DNA of 64,000 nt from an uncultured Hyphomicrobiaceae bacterium (GTDB taxonomy: Bacteria > Pseudomonadota > Alphaproteobacteria > Rhizobiales > CALHAX01), in the NCBI GenBank assembly GCA_937931785.1, contig CALHAX010000105.1, forward strand, positions 30,701-94,700. Reading direction: 5' to 3'. Shown here piece by piece: positions 51,621-62,618 of the stretch. The position numbers and the translations under genes were made by a program. Below the pieces are notes generated by a model. That model did not search any database. It saw nothing but the letters and a program-made list of their open reading frames with translations, and was not told where the DNA came from. The stretch's first letter is position 1, and every line of letters starts with the position of its first letter.

Positions 51621-52481
51621 ATGACACGCACGATCTACGTCGATGGGAAATATCTCCCCTATTCTCAAGCCGGTGTGCATGTCGAGGATCGCGGATTTCA
51701 GTTCGGAGATGCCGTGTACGAGGTATGTGAAATACGAAGTGGAGCAATCATCGATGAACGTCGCCACTTGGAACGCCTTGAGCGTTCGTTGAATGAACTC
51801 GACATGCCGATGCGGATGTCCCACGCATCGTTTGGGCGAGTGATCCGTGAAACGATCAGAAGAAATCGCGTACGAAACGGATTTGTCTACATTCAAGTTT
51901 CCCGCGGTGCAGCGCCGAGGGATTTCCTCTTTTCTGGGCCAAACGTTGGGCAGACTGTCGTGGTTCTGGCACGCGCTTTGTCACGCGCTACGAACGAGGC
52001 AATAGCTCTCAAGGGCATTTCCGTGATTACGACACCTGAACAGAGATGGGCCCGTGTCGACATCAAGACTGTGATGCTGCTGGCGTCGAGCATCGCCAAG
52101 GAGAAGGCCAAAGCAGTCGGCGCAAAAGAAGCATGGTTTGTCGGTGATGACGGGATGGTCACTGAGGGGGCGTCCAGCAATGCATGGATCGTGACAATGG
52201 ATGGTGAACTGATCACACGCCCAGCGGATGGGCACATTCTGAAGGGGATCACACGAACAGTTGCTATGGAAGTTGCGGAAAACCGAGGGCTGAAACTTGT
52301 CGAACGGGCCTTCACTGTCGACGAAGCAAAAAAGGCGCGTGAAGCCTTTGTCACATCCGCTTCAGCCGGCGTTTTGCCCGTGATACAAATCGATGGCACG
52401 GTGATCGGGAACGGTGCACCGGGATCCACTGCAACGGAATTGCGCCAACTTTTCCACACATTTGCTGAAGCAACGCTTTGA
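51621..52481 (+). CDS. dat: D-amino-acid (class IV) aminotransferase
   Basis: 286 aa with a class IV PLP fold (VEDRGFQFGDAVYEV ... KTVMLL). It holds the same slot upstream of hfq as in Rhizobiales. Confidence 0.85.
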   Translation: MTRTIYVDGKYLPYSQAGVHVEDRGFQFGDAVYEVCEIRSGAIIDERRHLERLERSLNELDMPMRMSHASFGRVIRETIRRNRVRNGFVYIQVSRGAAPRDFLFSGPNVGQTVVVLARALSRATNEAIALKGISVITTPEQRWARVDIKTVMLLASSIAKEKAKAVGAKEAWFVGDDGMVTEGASSNAWIVTMDGELITRPADGHILKGITRTVAMEVAENRGLKLVERAFTVDEAKKAREAFVTSASAGVLPVIQIDGTVIGNGAPGSTATELRQLFHTFAEATL

Positions 52482-52648
52482 CAATCACAAAAGAAATGCT
52501 TCGTGCAGGGTGTATTTCGTGATCATGTATTGAAGCAAAGCGTTCAAGTCCTGCGTCAATGCCGCAAGTGCAGTTCTGATAACGTTATGCCTGGCCGTTT
52601 CACGGAGCGAGCGCATACAACTCAAACCCCAGCAAGAGGGACAATACA

Positions 52649-52906
52649 ATGGCTGCGGAACGCACACAAAGTCTTCAGGATACTTTTCTCAATCATGTCC
52701 GGAAGCAAAAAGCGTCCGTCACGATTTTTTTGATCAACGGGGTCAAGCTGCAGGGTGTTGTAACCTGGTTTGACAATTTCTGCGTTCTGCTAAGGCGTGA
52801 CGGGCACAGCCAACTCGTCTACAAGCATGCGATCTCGACAATCATGCCTGGGCAGCCGGTCAATCTCATGGATGGAGAGCCGGGCGCTGGCGATGCTGAC
52901 GGTTGA
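52649..52906 (+). CDS. hfq: RNA chaperone Hfq
   Basis: [56 protein letters not shown] contains the Sm1/Sm2 motifs. Confidence 0.96.
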   Translation: MAAERTQSLQDTFLNHVRKQKASVTIFLINGVKLQGVVTWFDNFCVLLRRDGHSQLVYKHAISTIMPGQPVNLMDGEPGAGDADG

Positions 52907-52912
52907 ACCTGT

Positions 52913-54316
52913 TTGAAATCTGACAACGACACACGCGATTCAGTTCCCGAACCATCAGCCCAGCCGGGGTTTGATTTGTCGGATGGCGGAATTGCGATCG
53001 AACCATCGGCACGTGCCGGAATTTTTGTCCCTTCAGTGCGCGTCCGTAACGCCGGTGCAGAAAATCCTGACGCACGCAGCGAAGCTGCACGTCTCGATGA
53101 AATTTGCGGCCTTGCCGCCGCCATACAACTCGACCAACGCCTTGCCGAGGTTGTTTCCGTCCCAAAGCCAAGACCAGCGACATTGTTCGGTCCGGGCAAG
53201 GTGGAGGACATTGCAGCGCTGATCCACGACAATGAAATTGAAGTTGCCGTTGTCGATCATCCACTCACACCGGTTCAGCAGCGCAATCTTGAAACCGCAT
53301 GGAAAGCCAAGGTTCTTGACCGAACCGGTCTTATTCTCGAGATTTTTGGTGCGCGGGCGCAGACGAAGGAGGGGCGACTGCAGGTCGAACTTGCGCATCT
53401 TGAATATCAAAAAAGCCGCCTGGTCCGATCCTGGACACACCTCGAACGGCAACGCGGCGGTGTCGGTTTTCTAGGTGGACCGGGCGAACGACAAATTGAA
53501 TCCGACCGCCGAATGTTACAGACGCGCATCGACGCCATTCGCAAGGATCTGTCAGCCGTCGGGAGGACACGTGAATTACACCGCGCCGGGCGACGGCGGG
53601 TGCCATATCCGATCGTCGCGCTTGTTGGCTACACGAACGCTGGTAAATCCACGCTGTTCAATCGGTTGACGAATGCGGACGTCTACGCAGAGGATCTTCT
53701 GTTCGCAACGCTTGATCCCACAATGCGCGAGATCGATCTGCCCAGTGGACGCAAGGTGATCTTGTCTGACACGGTTGGTTTCATTTCCGAGCTACCAACC
53801 ACTTTGATCGCAGCTTTTCGCGCCACGCTTGAGGAGGTCCTTGAAGCAGACCTGATCCTCCATGTGCGCGACATCACCCACGCCGACACAGAAGCGCAAC
53901 GCGACGATGTTCTGACAGTGCTCAAGCAACTCGGTATTGATCATGAAACGACAGACCGCACGATTGCGGAAGTTTGGAACAAATCCGACCTTCTGGATGA
54001 GTTATCGCGGGGAATACACGCGAACACGGCTGCACGACGGGACGACGGACCAGTGCTAATGTCTGCCGTCACAGGAGAGGGCGTTGAAACACTCTACAAC
54101 CGGATTGATGGAATCCTGTCGACTGGAGATGAAGAAATCGGCGTTCGGGTTGCGCCGCAGCATGGCGCAATGCTGCATTGGCTGTACGAGAAAGGCGACG
54201 TGCTGAAACGGGATGATCTGGATGATGGTTGTGTCCAGATTGACGTACGTCTCTCAACTGCCAACGCGGCGCGTTTGCGCGAGCGCGTCGAGGGGCCATC
54301 AGTACTACTTTCATAA
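52913..54316 (+). CDS. hflX: GTPase HflX
   Basis: G1 GYTNAGKSTLFN, G3 DTVGF, G4 NKSD. TTG start 7 nt after the hfq stop (start uncertain). Confidence 0.92.
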   Translation: MKSDNDTRDSVPEPSAQPGFDLSDGGIAIEPSARAGIFVPSVRVRNAGAENPDARSEAARLDEICGLAAAIQLDQRLAEVVSVPKPRPATLFGPGKVEDIAALIHDNEIEVAVVDHPLTPVQQRNLETAWKAKVLDRTGLILEIFGARAQTKEGRLQVELAHLEYQKSRLVRSWTHLERQRGGVGFLGGPGERQIESDRRMLQTRIDAIRKDLSAVGRTRELHRAGRRRVPYPIVALVGYTNAGKSTLFNRLTNADVYAEDLLFATLDPTMREIDLPSGRKVILSDTVGFISELPTTLIAAFRATLEEVLEADLILHVRDITHADTEAQRDDVLTVLKQLGIDHETTDRTIAEVWNKSDLLDELSRGIHANTAARRDDGPVLMSAVTGEGVETLYNRIDGILSTGDEEIGVRVAPQHGAMLHWLYEKGDVLKRDDLDDGCVQIDVRLSTANAARLRERVEGPSVLLS

Positions 54317-54395
54317 AGCCGCAATTCGCTTTCAGTGTATCAGTTGCCGCATTACATTATCGGGGCAACGTGATTGACCCAAAAGCGAGAAAACG

Positions 54396-55001
54396 ATGTT
54401 GAGAATTTTGACACTTGGCCTGGCCGTGGTTGCAGCCCCGACCATGAGCGCGCTCGCTGCTGACAGTGCCGCACTGGAAATTCTGCCCCGCGTTGGTTGG
54501 AAGGCGAAACCAGGCATTACCAAGCTCATGAAATCGCAGACACCACGCGAAATCATCATTCACCACACATCGGTCAAGCAGCAGCCCAAAATTTCCCTTG
54601 AGCGTAAGATGCGTGGGTTGCAGGGGTTCTCGCAGCGAACCGGGAAAGTTGGCAAACGTAAGAAACCAGCCTGGGGCGATGTGCCGTATCACTATTACAT
54701 CGGCGTATCCGGTCGGATTGCCGAAGGTCGAAACATCAACTACGCCGGCGACACGAACACCAGGTACAGTACGAAAGATCGCGTCCAGGTCGTACTCGAG
54801 GGCTACTTTGACAAGGAAAAGCCGAATGCCAGCCAACTTGGCTCGCTGAAGGCGCTTACAGTGTGGTTGTCGAAGAAATACAATGTTCCGGCTGACAAGA
54901 TCACCGGTCACAACGATCACGCTTCAACGGATTGTCCCGGTAAGCACCTTAAAGTGCATCTTCCAGCGATCCGGACCGCTGTTACAAATGCTGCGGAGTA
55001 G
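54396..55001 (+). CDS. Secreted peptidoglycan-recognition / N-acetylmuramoyl-L-alanine amidase domain protein (Amidase_2)
   Basis: Signal peptide MLRILTLGLAVVAAPTMSALA. Motifs IIIHHT, PYHYYIG and GHNDHASTDCPG. Confidence 0.8.
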   Translation: MLRILTLGLAVVAAPTMSALAADSAALEILPRVGWKAKPGITKLMKSQTPREIIIHHTSVKQQPKISLERKMRGLQGFSQRTGKVGKRKKPAWGDVPYHYYIGVSGRIAEGRNINYAGDTNTRYSTKDRVQVVLEGYFDKEKPNASQLGSLKALTVWLSKKYNVPADKITGHNDHASTDCPGKHLKVHLPAIRTAVTNAAE

Positions 55002-55005
55002 GCCT

Positions 55006-55845
55006 TCAGGCACTCGAATCTGAGGATGCCACTTTCGCCGCGTTCCACAAGGCATCCATTTCGGCAAGGCTGGCGTCTTCGATAGATCGCCCGATGCGGC
55101 GGAGTTCGCGCTCAATGTAGGCGAAGCGCGTGGTGAACTTGAGGTTGGCATCCTTCAGGGCTTGTTCGGCGTCGACATCAACGTGGCGCGCCAGATTGGT
55201 GACGACGAATAACAGATCACCGATTTCCTCACGGACGTGATCCTCGTTGCCGTCGCCCAACGCCTCGTCCACCTCATCGATCTCTTCCCGGATTTTGGCA
55301 ATAACGGCACGGGGATCGTTCCAGTCGAACCCAACCCGCGCCGCTTTCTTCTGAAGTTTCAGGGCGCGCGTGAGCGCGGGAAGGGCGAGGGTAACGTCGT
55401 CAAGCAAACCAGCTGGATCTGTCGTGCTCTTTGATCCACGCTTCTTCGCCTTCGATGCACGTTCCTCGGCCTTGATGTCTTCCCATTTGACCTTCACGGC
55501 ATCAACGTTGCCCACATGATCTTTTTGGAACACGTGCGGGTGGCGGCGGATCATCTTGTCGGTCACAGCCCGCGCCACGGATGCAAAGTCGAAGCTTCCT
55601 TCCTCTTCAGCAATGCGGGCGTGATAGACGACCTGCAGAAGAAGGTCGCCGAGTTCATCCTTGAGGTCATCGCGATCACCACGTTCGATCGCATCGGCAA
55701 CTTCATAGGCCTCTTCAATCGTGTACGGTGCGATGCTCTCGAACGTTTGCTCGAGGTCCCACGGACAGCCGGTTTCCGGTGTGCGCAGATCTGCCATCAC
55801 ACGCAAAAGATCGTTGATCGATGATGTTGACGGTGTTTCTGTCAT
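55006..55845 (-). CDS. mazG: Nucleoside triphosphate pyrophosphohydrolase MazG
   Basis: Tandem MazG domains (EEAYEVADAIE...ELGDLLLQV and EEIDEVDEAL...EEIGDLLFVV). Confidence 0.92.
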   Translation of the reverse strand: MTETPSTSSINDLLRVMADLRTPETGCPWDLEQTFESIAPYTIEEAYEVADAIERGDRDDLKDELGDLLLQVVYHARIAEEEGSFDFASVARAVTDKMIRRHPHVFQKDHVGNVDAVKVKWEDIKAEERASKAKKRGSKSTTDPAGLLDDVTLALPALTRALKLQKKAARVGFDWNDPRAVIAKIREEIDEVDEALGDGNEDHVREEIGDLLFVVTNLARHVDVDAEQALKDANLKFTTRFAYIERELRRIGRSIEDASLAEMDALWNAAKVASSDSSA

Positions 55846-55953
55846 CCAGGAAATGTTTCCACATCTTAACGCATTGATTTCACGAACAAAAACCCACAGA
55901 CCATTGTTCGCATAATGCTTATTATGGAAAATATGATGATGTGAGCCTCAGGA

Positions 55954-57465
55954 TCAATCTTCGTAGTGTTCGGCAACGAGATGATCCAGCAAACGAACGC
56001 CGAAACCGCTTGCCCAACTTGTGTTGATCGCTGACGATTTCGACGCCATGGCTGTCCCGGCAATATCCAGATGCGCCCACGGCACATCATCGACAAAGCG
56101 CTGAATGAACTGCGCAGCAGTGATGGATCCCGCCTGTGGCCCGCCAATGTTCTTCATGTCCGCATTCTTTGAATCAATCATCTTGTCGTAAGCGGGATCA
56201 AGCGGCAGGCGCCAGACTTTCTCCCCCGTTGCATGCCCTGATGCCGCAAGTTGTTCCGACAAGTCATCGTCATTTGAAAACAAACCCGCATGCTCCTTGC
56301 CAAGAGCCACGATGATTGCGCCGGTCAGAGTGGCAAGATCGATCATGAATTTGGGCTTGTAAGCATTCTTGATGTGCCAGATCACATCGGCGAGCACGAG
56401 CCTGCCTTCTGCGTCAGTATTCAAAACTTCGATCGTCTGGCCGGACATCGACGTCACAATGTCCCCTGGTCGTTGTGCATTTGAGCTGGGCATGTTTTCG
56501 ACAAGCCCGATGGCACCGACCACATTGGCTTTTGCACCGCGATGGGCAAGCGCATGCATCAGACCGACGACACATGCGGCACCGCCCATATCACCTTTCA
56601 TGTCTTCCATGCCTTTGGCTGGTTTCAGAGAAATACCCCCCGTATCGAAGACCACGCCTTTGCCAATGAACGCGACAGGTTTCTCTTTGGCGTTCTTGCT
56701 GCCTTTCCACTCCATGATCGCGAGGCGCGATGGCTTGTGGCTCCCCTGCCCTACGCCGAGCAATGCCCCCATGCCGAGTTTTTCCATCGCCTCATCATCG
56801 AGAACCGTAACCTCGACACCGGCATCGCGAAGTTTCTCGGCTTCTGAAGCAAACTCCTCTGGCCCGAGAATGTTCGCAGGCGCGTTCACCAGGTCACGAG
56901 CGATACACACCCCCTCGGCAATCGCCAGACGGGTTTTCATGTGTTTCGTCGCAGCTTTGGGGTTCTTGCAGAGCACACGCACGGATTTCAGTTTGCGGTT
57001 CGCAGACTTGTCGTTGCTCTTTTTCGTTTTGGATTTGTAACGATCATCGACATAAGCACGTAGCATCATACCCATGACAAGATCAGCGGTCGCTCCACCA
57101 TCGAGCGTCTTGTCCTTGAACTCCGCGATGACAGTCAGCTCGGTGATCCCTTTCCCCGACAGCAGACCCATTGCCGCCCCACCAAGATTGATGATGTCGC
57201 TATCACTCAGTTTCTTTGCCACGCCTGCACCCAGCAGAATGATGCGATCAATGCCTGCACCAGTCGGCGCGAGAACATCAGCGCTTGTCTTTGCGGCCCC
57301 ACTGAAATCTGCAGTTTTTGACGCTTTCTTGAGGTGCCCTTTTGTGGCCTTGTCAATTGCCGCAACAACCGGCGGAAACACACCATCCTTGTCGACCAGC
57401 GCGAGTACGACACCCGTTTCAGGGGCTTCAAGCTCATCAAACGTCACATCGAAAAAGTTTGTCAT
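55954..57465 (-). CDS. pepA: Leucyl aminopeptidase (M17)
   Basis: NTDAEGRLVLAD signature and the VGKGVVFDTGGISLKP motif. Confidence 0.93.
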   Translation of the reverse strand: MTNFFDVTFDELEAPETGVVLALVDKDGVFPPVVAAIDKATKGHLKKASKTADFSGAAKTSADVLAPTGAGIDRIILLGAGVAKKLSDSDIINLGGAAMGLLSGKGITELTVIAEFKDKTLDGGATADLVMGMMLRAYVDDRYKSKTKKSNDKSANRKLKSVRVLCKNPKAATKHMKTRLAIAEGVCIARDLVNAPANILGPEEFASEAEKLRDAGVEVTVLDDEAMEKLGMGALLGVGQGSHKPSRLAIMEWKGSKNAKEKPVAFIGKGVVFDTGGISLKPAKGMEDMKGDMGGAACVVGLMHALAHRGAKANVVGAIGLVENMPSSNAQRPGDIVTSMSGQTIEVLNTDAEGRLVLADVIWHIKNAYKPKFMIDLATLTGAIIVALGKEHAGLFSNDDDLSEQLAASGHATGEKVWRLPLDPAYDKMIDSKNADMKNIGGPQAGSITAAQFIQRFVDDVPWAHLDIAGTAMASKSSAINTSWASGFGVRLLDHLVAEHYED

Positions 57466-57699
57466 CTGTTGTCCTGCGCTGCTTGTGGGGTGGGGGTTAC
57501 GACTTTCGAACGTTGTTGCAGCGCTTTGCCCGGATTGTAAATCAAATCAGCAATTGGGGCTAACGCGACGGACGGGCGATCGTTGAACCCGATTTCCGAC
57601 ACGTTCTCGCCGCATGGGATTGAGCGCGGGAATCGGTACACATATCGTGCGCGGCATCGCGAACGGACGCGACAGGTGAAACAGGGGGGACGCATCTTC

Positions 57700-58923
57700 A
57701 TGCAGACGTTGTTCAACCGCTATGTTTTCCGCCAGATCGTAACCGCCCTGCTTCTGATTCTGTTGGCGTTGACAGCGGTGCTGTGGATCGCCCTCGCCCT
57801 CAAGAGCCTGAACGTAGTGACCAGTCAGGGCCAGACAACGTTCACGTTTCTGAAAATCACGTTCCTCGCCCTGCCCAACCTCGTGACGATCATTGCACCC
57901 GTTGCACTCATGATTGCAGCCGTGCAGACGCTCAATCGGATCAACGGGGACTCCGAGCTGATTGTGATGACCGCATCTGGCGCCACGGTGTGGTTCATCG
58001 CCCGTCCGTTCCTCTTGATGGCGCTGATTGTGTCTGTGCTTGTCGCGTTAGGCAGCATGATCGTTAATCCCTGGAGCGCCCGATCACTGCAGCTTCAAAT
58101 CGCCAAGGTCCGGACGGATCTGATTTCGCAGGTCCTCAAGCCAGGAGAATTTTCGACGCCGGAAAAAGGCCTCGCCTTCCATATACGTGGGCGCGACCGC
58201 AACGGCGTGATCAACGGACTGCTGATCCGCGACACGCGCGAAAAGGGCACGAGCCTGACATACCTCGCGGAACGGGCACAGATTATCAAACAGAACACCA
58301 AGCCTTACCTGGTCATGTACGCTGGTCACATCATTCGCAAGGAACTGGACAAGAAGGCGCCCCAGGTCATCGGGTTTCAAACCTACGCATTCGACATCGA
58401 ACAGATGGCGCCACAGAACAAGCCCGTCTACATCAAACCACGTGCGCGCTACATGAACGAGCTGTTATCCCCTGATCCGAAGGAACCTTACTTCATTCGC
58501 TGGCCCGGTCGCTATCGGGCCGAGTTGCATGAGCGCCTGTCGAGCGTTTTGTATCCATTCGTATTCGTGTTGATTGTTCTCTCACAACTTGGGCATGCCC
58601 AAACAACGCGACAGGGCCGCATACAGCAGATCGCGACTGCAATTGCCTTTTCGGTCGGCATTCGATTGGCCGGTCTGGCAGCCACCAATCTGACCGTCAA
58701 ACAGGCATGGGCCACACCGCTCCTGTATATCCTGCCACTCGGAGCCATGGCCTGGGCTATCTATGCCACGCACACAAAAATGCAACCGCGTAAGCCTTCC
58801 GCTTTGGAGCGCAAGTTACAAGGTTGGATTGAGATGACGGTGGCCCGCATGACAGAACATACCAATCGCTTCGGCAAACGTAGCAAAGCCATACAACCAA
58901 CGGCGTCGGGTCCCACCTCATGA
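57700..58923 (+). CDS. lptF: LPS export ABC transporter permease LptF
   Basis: YjgP/YjgQ-family topology with N-terminal FNRYVFRQI. I chose the ATG at 57700; the ORF opens at 57583. Confidence 0.88.
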   Translation: MQTLFNRYVFRQIVTALLLILLALTAVLWIALALKSLNVVTSQGQTTFTFLKITFLALPNLVTIIAPVALMIAAVQTLNRINGDSELIVMTASGATVWFIARPFLLMALIVSVLVALGSMIVNPWSARSLQLQIAKVRTDLISQVLKPGEFSTPEKGLAFHIRGRDRNGVINGLLIRDTREKGTSLTYLAERAQIIKQNTKPYLVMYAGHIIRKELDKKAPQVIGFQTYAFDIEQMAPQNKPVYIKPRARYMNELLSPDPKEPYFIRWPGRYRAELHERLSSVLYPFVFVLIVLSQLGHAQTTRQGRIQQIATAIAFSVGIRLAGLAATNLTVKQAWATPLLYILPLGAMAWAIYATHTKMQPRKPSALERKLQGWIEMTVARMTEHTNRFGKRSKAIQPTASGPTS

Positions 58924-60014
58924 TGATGCGCACCATTCTCTGGCGTTACGTTGCTCTGCGCTTCGTCGGCACGATCCTCATGACGTTTTTTGCGTGCTTC
59001 ACGCTGATCTACCTTGTTGATTTCATTGAAATTCTACGCCAATCGGCCGGTGTAGAGGGCGTTTCATTCCTGAAGCTCGCCACCATCACGTTTCTCCGGA
59101 TGCCGGCGTTCGCAGAACTCACCCTGCCCTTTGCGGCACTGGTCGGCACCATCACGGCGTTTCTCCGCCTCTCACGTTCGTCGGAACTGACGATCATGCG
59201 CGCTGCAGGGATGTCCGTCTGGCAATTTCTGATCCCGGGCGTCGTGATTGCGGTTTTGCTCGGGGTTTTGAGTATTACGGTTTACAACCCGCTGGCAGCA
59301 GCTGCGAGCGCAGAATCGGAGCGCATGCGCGCAGCGTCCCTCAAGCGAAACGTGTCATCCCTTCTCAAGGGAAGTGATGGCGCATGGCTACGCCAGAACA
59401 GCGCCGACGGACCATCCGTGCTTTATGCAGCCAATACAGCAAACCAGGGGCTCTTTCTCGGGAATCTCTTCATTCTGCAATACGATGAGGCTGACAAATT
59501 CCTGGCGCGGATCGAGGCCACGACTGCGTTCCTCAAGCCGGGATATTGGGACATGACGGATGTCCTCGTTGTCCGTCCCGGTCGCCCACCGGAGCGCTAC
59601 GGCAAATATCACGTCGCGACAAACCTCACGCGTGCGCAAGTACGGGACGCCTTCGGTTCGCTGTTCACGGTCAGTTTTTGGGACCTTCCCCGACAGATTG
59701 AACTGGCCGAAAAAGCGGGCCTTTCGGCCACACGCTACAAGGTGCAACACGCCCTCATGATGTCTCGACCGTTGATGCTCGCAGCGATGGTTCTTTTGGG
59801 GGCAACTGTGTCATTAAGGGCATTCCGGTTCGGGGGCATCCAGACTATGATCATTCGTGGTCTGGTTGTTGGACTGGGGGTTTTCATGTTGGCAGAGATT
59901 TCGCGCCAATTTGGAGTTTCCGGACTCGTTTCTCCTTGGACTGCTGCATGGGTGCCCGCTCTGGTCGCCTGTTTGTACCCTTTGACCGCGCTTCTCTATC
60001 AGGAGGACGGCTAG
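58920..60014 (+). CDS. lptG: LPS export ABC transporter permease LptG
   Basis: YjgP/YjgQ family (LWRYVALRFVGTILMTFF). 4-nt overlap with lptF. Confidence 0.9.
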   Translation: MMMRTILWRYVALRFVGTILMTFFACFTLIYLVDFIEILRQSAGVEGVSFLKLATITFLRMPAFAELTLPFAALVGTITAFLRLSRSSELTIMRAAGMSVWQFLIPGVVIAVLLGVLSITVYNPLAAAASAESERMRAASLKRNVSSLLKGSDGAWLRQNSADGPSVLYAANTANQGLFLGNLFILQYDEADKFLARIEATTAFLKPGYWDMTDVLVVRPGRPPERYGKYHVATNLTRAQVRDAFGSLFTVSFWDLPRQIELAEKAGLSATRYKVQHALMMSRPLMLAAMVLLGATVSLRAFRFGGIQTMIIRGLVVGLGVFMLAEISRQFGVSGLVSPWTAAWVPALVACLYPLTALLYQEDG

Positions 60015-60015
60015 T

Positions 60016-62409
60016 ATGCGTTTCACCTCGCCCCGGGGGGCGGTGTCTGGTGAAGAAACACAAACCGTGTCAGCCAAGCTGTCGCGGGCGTTCGCATATG
60101 GTCGGTTCAACCGTATGAAAAGCAGGCAGGTCGCGCCTTTGACAGGCATCTTTACATCCAACTGGATTGCGGTCTCAGTGATTGCAGGCATTGCACTATT
60201 TGCACTGCCTCTCGGTGATGCGCGTGCCCAGGCTCAAAGCAACAACGTGCTCGAACAGGTTGTGCGGACCACAGACAAGCCTGATCCGTTGCTGCTGCAG
60301 GCCGACGAGCTGATCAACGACAACAACACGAACACGATTGTCGCTCGTGGCAATGTTGAGATTTACTATAACGGTTACACGTTGCTCGCAGATAAAGTGA
60401 TCTACGACCAGACGGAGCGACGTCTGACCGCCGAGGGCAATGTCCGGATCAAGGAACCGGACGGCGCGGTCGTGAATGCCGAGAAGATCACACTGACAGA
60501 TGACTTCCGCGACGGTTTCGTTGAGAGCCTCAGGATCGTTACCGAGGACAACGCACGCATCGCAGCCGCACGTGGCGAGCGCCGTGATGGTGAGACCACA
60601 GTGTTTGAACGGGGTGTCTACACACCGTGCAAGGAGTGTGCGGACAATCCGGACAAGGCACCGACGTGGCGGATCAAGGCCGCGCGCGTCATTCAGGACA
60701 AGGAAAAGGGCGACATTTCCTATGAGGATGCGTCGCTCGAGTTCTTCGGTGTGCCGGTTGCCTACACGCCATATTTTTCACACCCGGATCCACGGATCAA
60801 ACGCCGAAGCGGTTTCCTGCGTCCCATGCCCGGCTATTCCGAAGAGCTTGGTGCCTTTGTCGAGGTGCCGTACTTCTGGGCGATCGCTCCGAATGCTGAT
60901 TTCACGTTTTCTCCCAAATTCATGTCAGAACAGGGTGTCCTGGGACAACTGGAATTCAGACACCGCGTTGCAAGCGGAGCTTACCGTGTCGAAGTTGCCG
61001 GAATTTACGACGAAGACTCTACGGCTGGAGGCGCGCCGCGCAATGAATTCCGTGGAAGCATCGAAACCGAAGGACGCTTCGCGCTCAACAACTGGTGGCA
61101 TTTCGGCTGGGATGCGACGTTTGAGACCGATGACACATTCCGCCGCTTCTTCAAACTGGACGGTACGTCGGTCACAGAACGGACGTCGCAAATTTACCTT
61201 GAAGGTATCAACGACCGAAACTATTTCGCAGCAAAGCTTTACAAGTTTGAAGATTTGCAGACCGGAAATGACGCCGATAGCGAATCCCAGGTTCATCCGG
61301 TCATAGATTACAATTACATCGCAGGAACGCCTGTACTCGGTGGTGAGCTGAGTTTCGATGCTAATATTGTCAGTCTCAGTCGGGAAAACGACGGTGGAGA
61401 TCAAAACAAGGCTGTGATCGAAGCACAGTGGCGCCGTCAGCTGATCGACGGTCTGGGGCAGGTGTTCACACCATTCGCCCGGGCACGTGGTGATGTTTAT
61501 ACCGTGTCAGACGATGTCTCCGGTGCGGGCTCAACACCAACGAACACAAGTGAACGCCAGGCGCGTGCCCTGTTCACTGCGGGGCTCCAGTACAGCTATC
61601 CGTTTGTTGCACATTCGGAGCGGGCCTCTCATGTGATTGAGCCGGTTGGTCAGATCATTGCGCGCGGCGGTAACATTGATCAAAATGACGTACCGGACGA
61701 AGATTCCCAGAGCCTTGTGTTCGACAACACGCTTCTGTTCGAAGCAGATAAGTTTTCAGGTTATGATCGAGTCGAGACCGGAACCCGGGCGAACGTCGGC
61801 CTGCGCTATACAATGCAGAGCCACAATGGCGGTTATATTCGCGCGGTGTTTGGTCAGAGCTTCCACATTGCTGACGAGAATGCATTCGATGTCGGAAGTG
61901 GTCTGGCAACCGACCGTTCGGATTATGTGGCCGGGCTCAACATTGCTCCCAACAGCAATCTGACATTGATCGCACAGGGCCGGTTCGATGAGGAAACTTT
62001 TGATCTCCGCCGCACGGATATTGGCGCCAACGCGAATTATGGCCCCGTGAATGTGGCTGCCAACTACGCATTTGAAGATGCCGTGGTCGGCAACCTCTTG
62101 TCTCAGTCAGAGGAAGAGATCGTCGGTGACGTCAAACTTCAGCTTTCTGAATACTGGTCGGTCTTTGGCGGTGTACGATACGATCTGGAACAAAAATTCT
62201 CAGCGCGGAACACCGTGGGTGTGCAGTATGCGGACGACTGTTTTGTTCTTGCGATCAGCTACAATGAAACCAATATCAGTGACCGGGATGTGGATCCGGA
62301 TCGCACGCTGACAGTGCGCTTTGAACTCAAGCACCTGGGCGGTAGCAGCATCACAACGGATGTTATAGACGCGCTGGTGGCGGATGACGACGATCTGAAC
62401 GCAACCTGA
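60016..62409 (+). CDS. lptD: LPS-assembly outer membrane protein LptD
   Basis: OstA-like N-terminal domain (ADELINDNNTNTIVARGNVEIYY) and a large C-terminal beta-barrel. The start is probably internal (MKSRQ at about 60115). Confidence 0.9.
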   Translation: MRFTSPRGAVSGEETQTVSAKLSRAFAYGRFNRMKSRQVAPLTGIFTSNWIAVSVIAGIALFALPLGDARAQAQSNNVLEQVVRTTDKPDPLLLQADELINDNNTNTIVARGNVEIYYNGYTLLADKVIYDQTERRLTAEGNVRIKEPDGAVVNAEKITLTDDFRDGFVESLRIVTEDNARIAAARGERRDGETTVFERGVYTPCKECADNPDKAPTWRIKAARVIQDKEKGDISYEDASLEFFGVPVAYTPYFSHPDPRIKRRSGFLRPMPGYSEELGAFVEVPYFWAIAPNADFTFSPKFMSEQGVLGQLEFRHRVASGAYRVEVAGIYDEDSTAGGAPRNEFRGSIETEGRFALNNWWHFGWDATFETDDTFRRFFKLDGTSVTERTSQIYLEGINDRNYFAAKLYKFEDLQTGNDADSESQVHPVIDYNYIAGTPVLGGELSFDANIVSLSRENDGGDQNKAVIEAQWRRQLIDGLGQVFTPFARARGDVYTVSDDVSGAGSTPTNTSERQARALFTAGLQYSYPFVAHSERASHVIEPVGQIIARGGNIDQNDVPDEDSQSLVFDNTLLFEADKFSGYDRVETGTRANVGLRYTMQSHNGGYIRAVFGQSFHIADENAFDVGSGLATDRSDYVAGLNIAPNSNLTLIAQGRFDEETFDLRRTDIGANANYGPVNVAANYAFEDAVVGNLLSQSEEEIVGDVKLQLSEYWSVFGGVRYDLEQKFSARNTVGVQYADDCFVLAISYNETNISDRDVDPDRTLTVRFELKHLGGSSITTDVIDALVADDDDLNAT

Positions 62410-62618
62410 TCGGTGCTTTTGTCCCTCAAGGGTCGCCATGTTGTTGACGCAGCTCAGAAGTATTTCACATCCAGAGATATCGGAATGCGATCGTTTCACG
62501 ATCCTGTTTGCACGCCATGCACCGGCTTGAGTTGCGTCACGTTCGGATTGTAGTCTTGTGACGAATCGCGTGGGACATGCCGATCGCAAGCCCACCGAAC
62601 AAGGACTTGTATAATCAC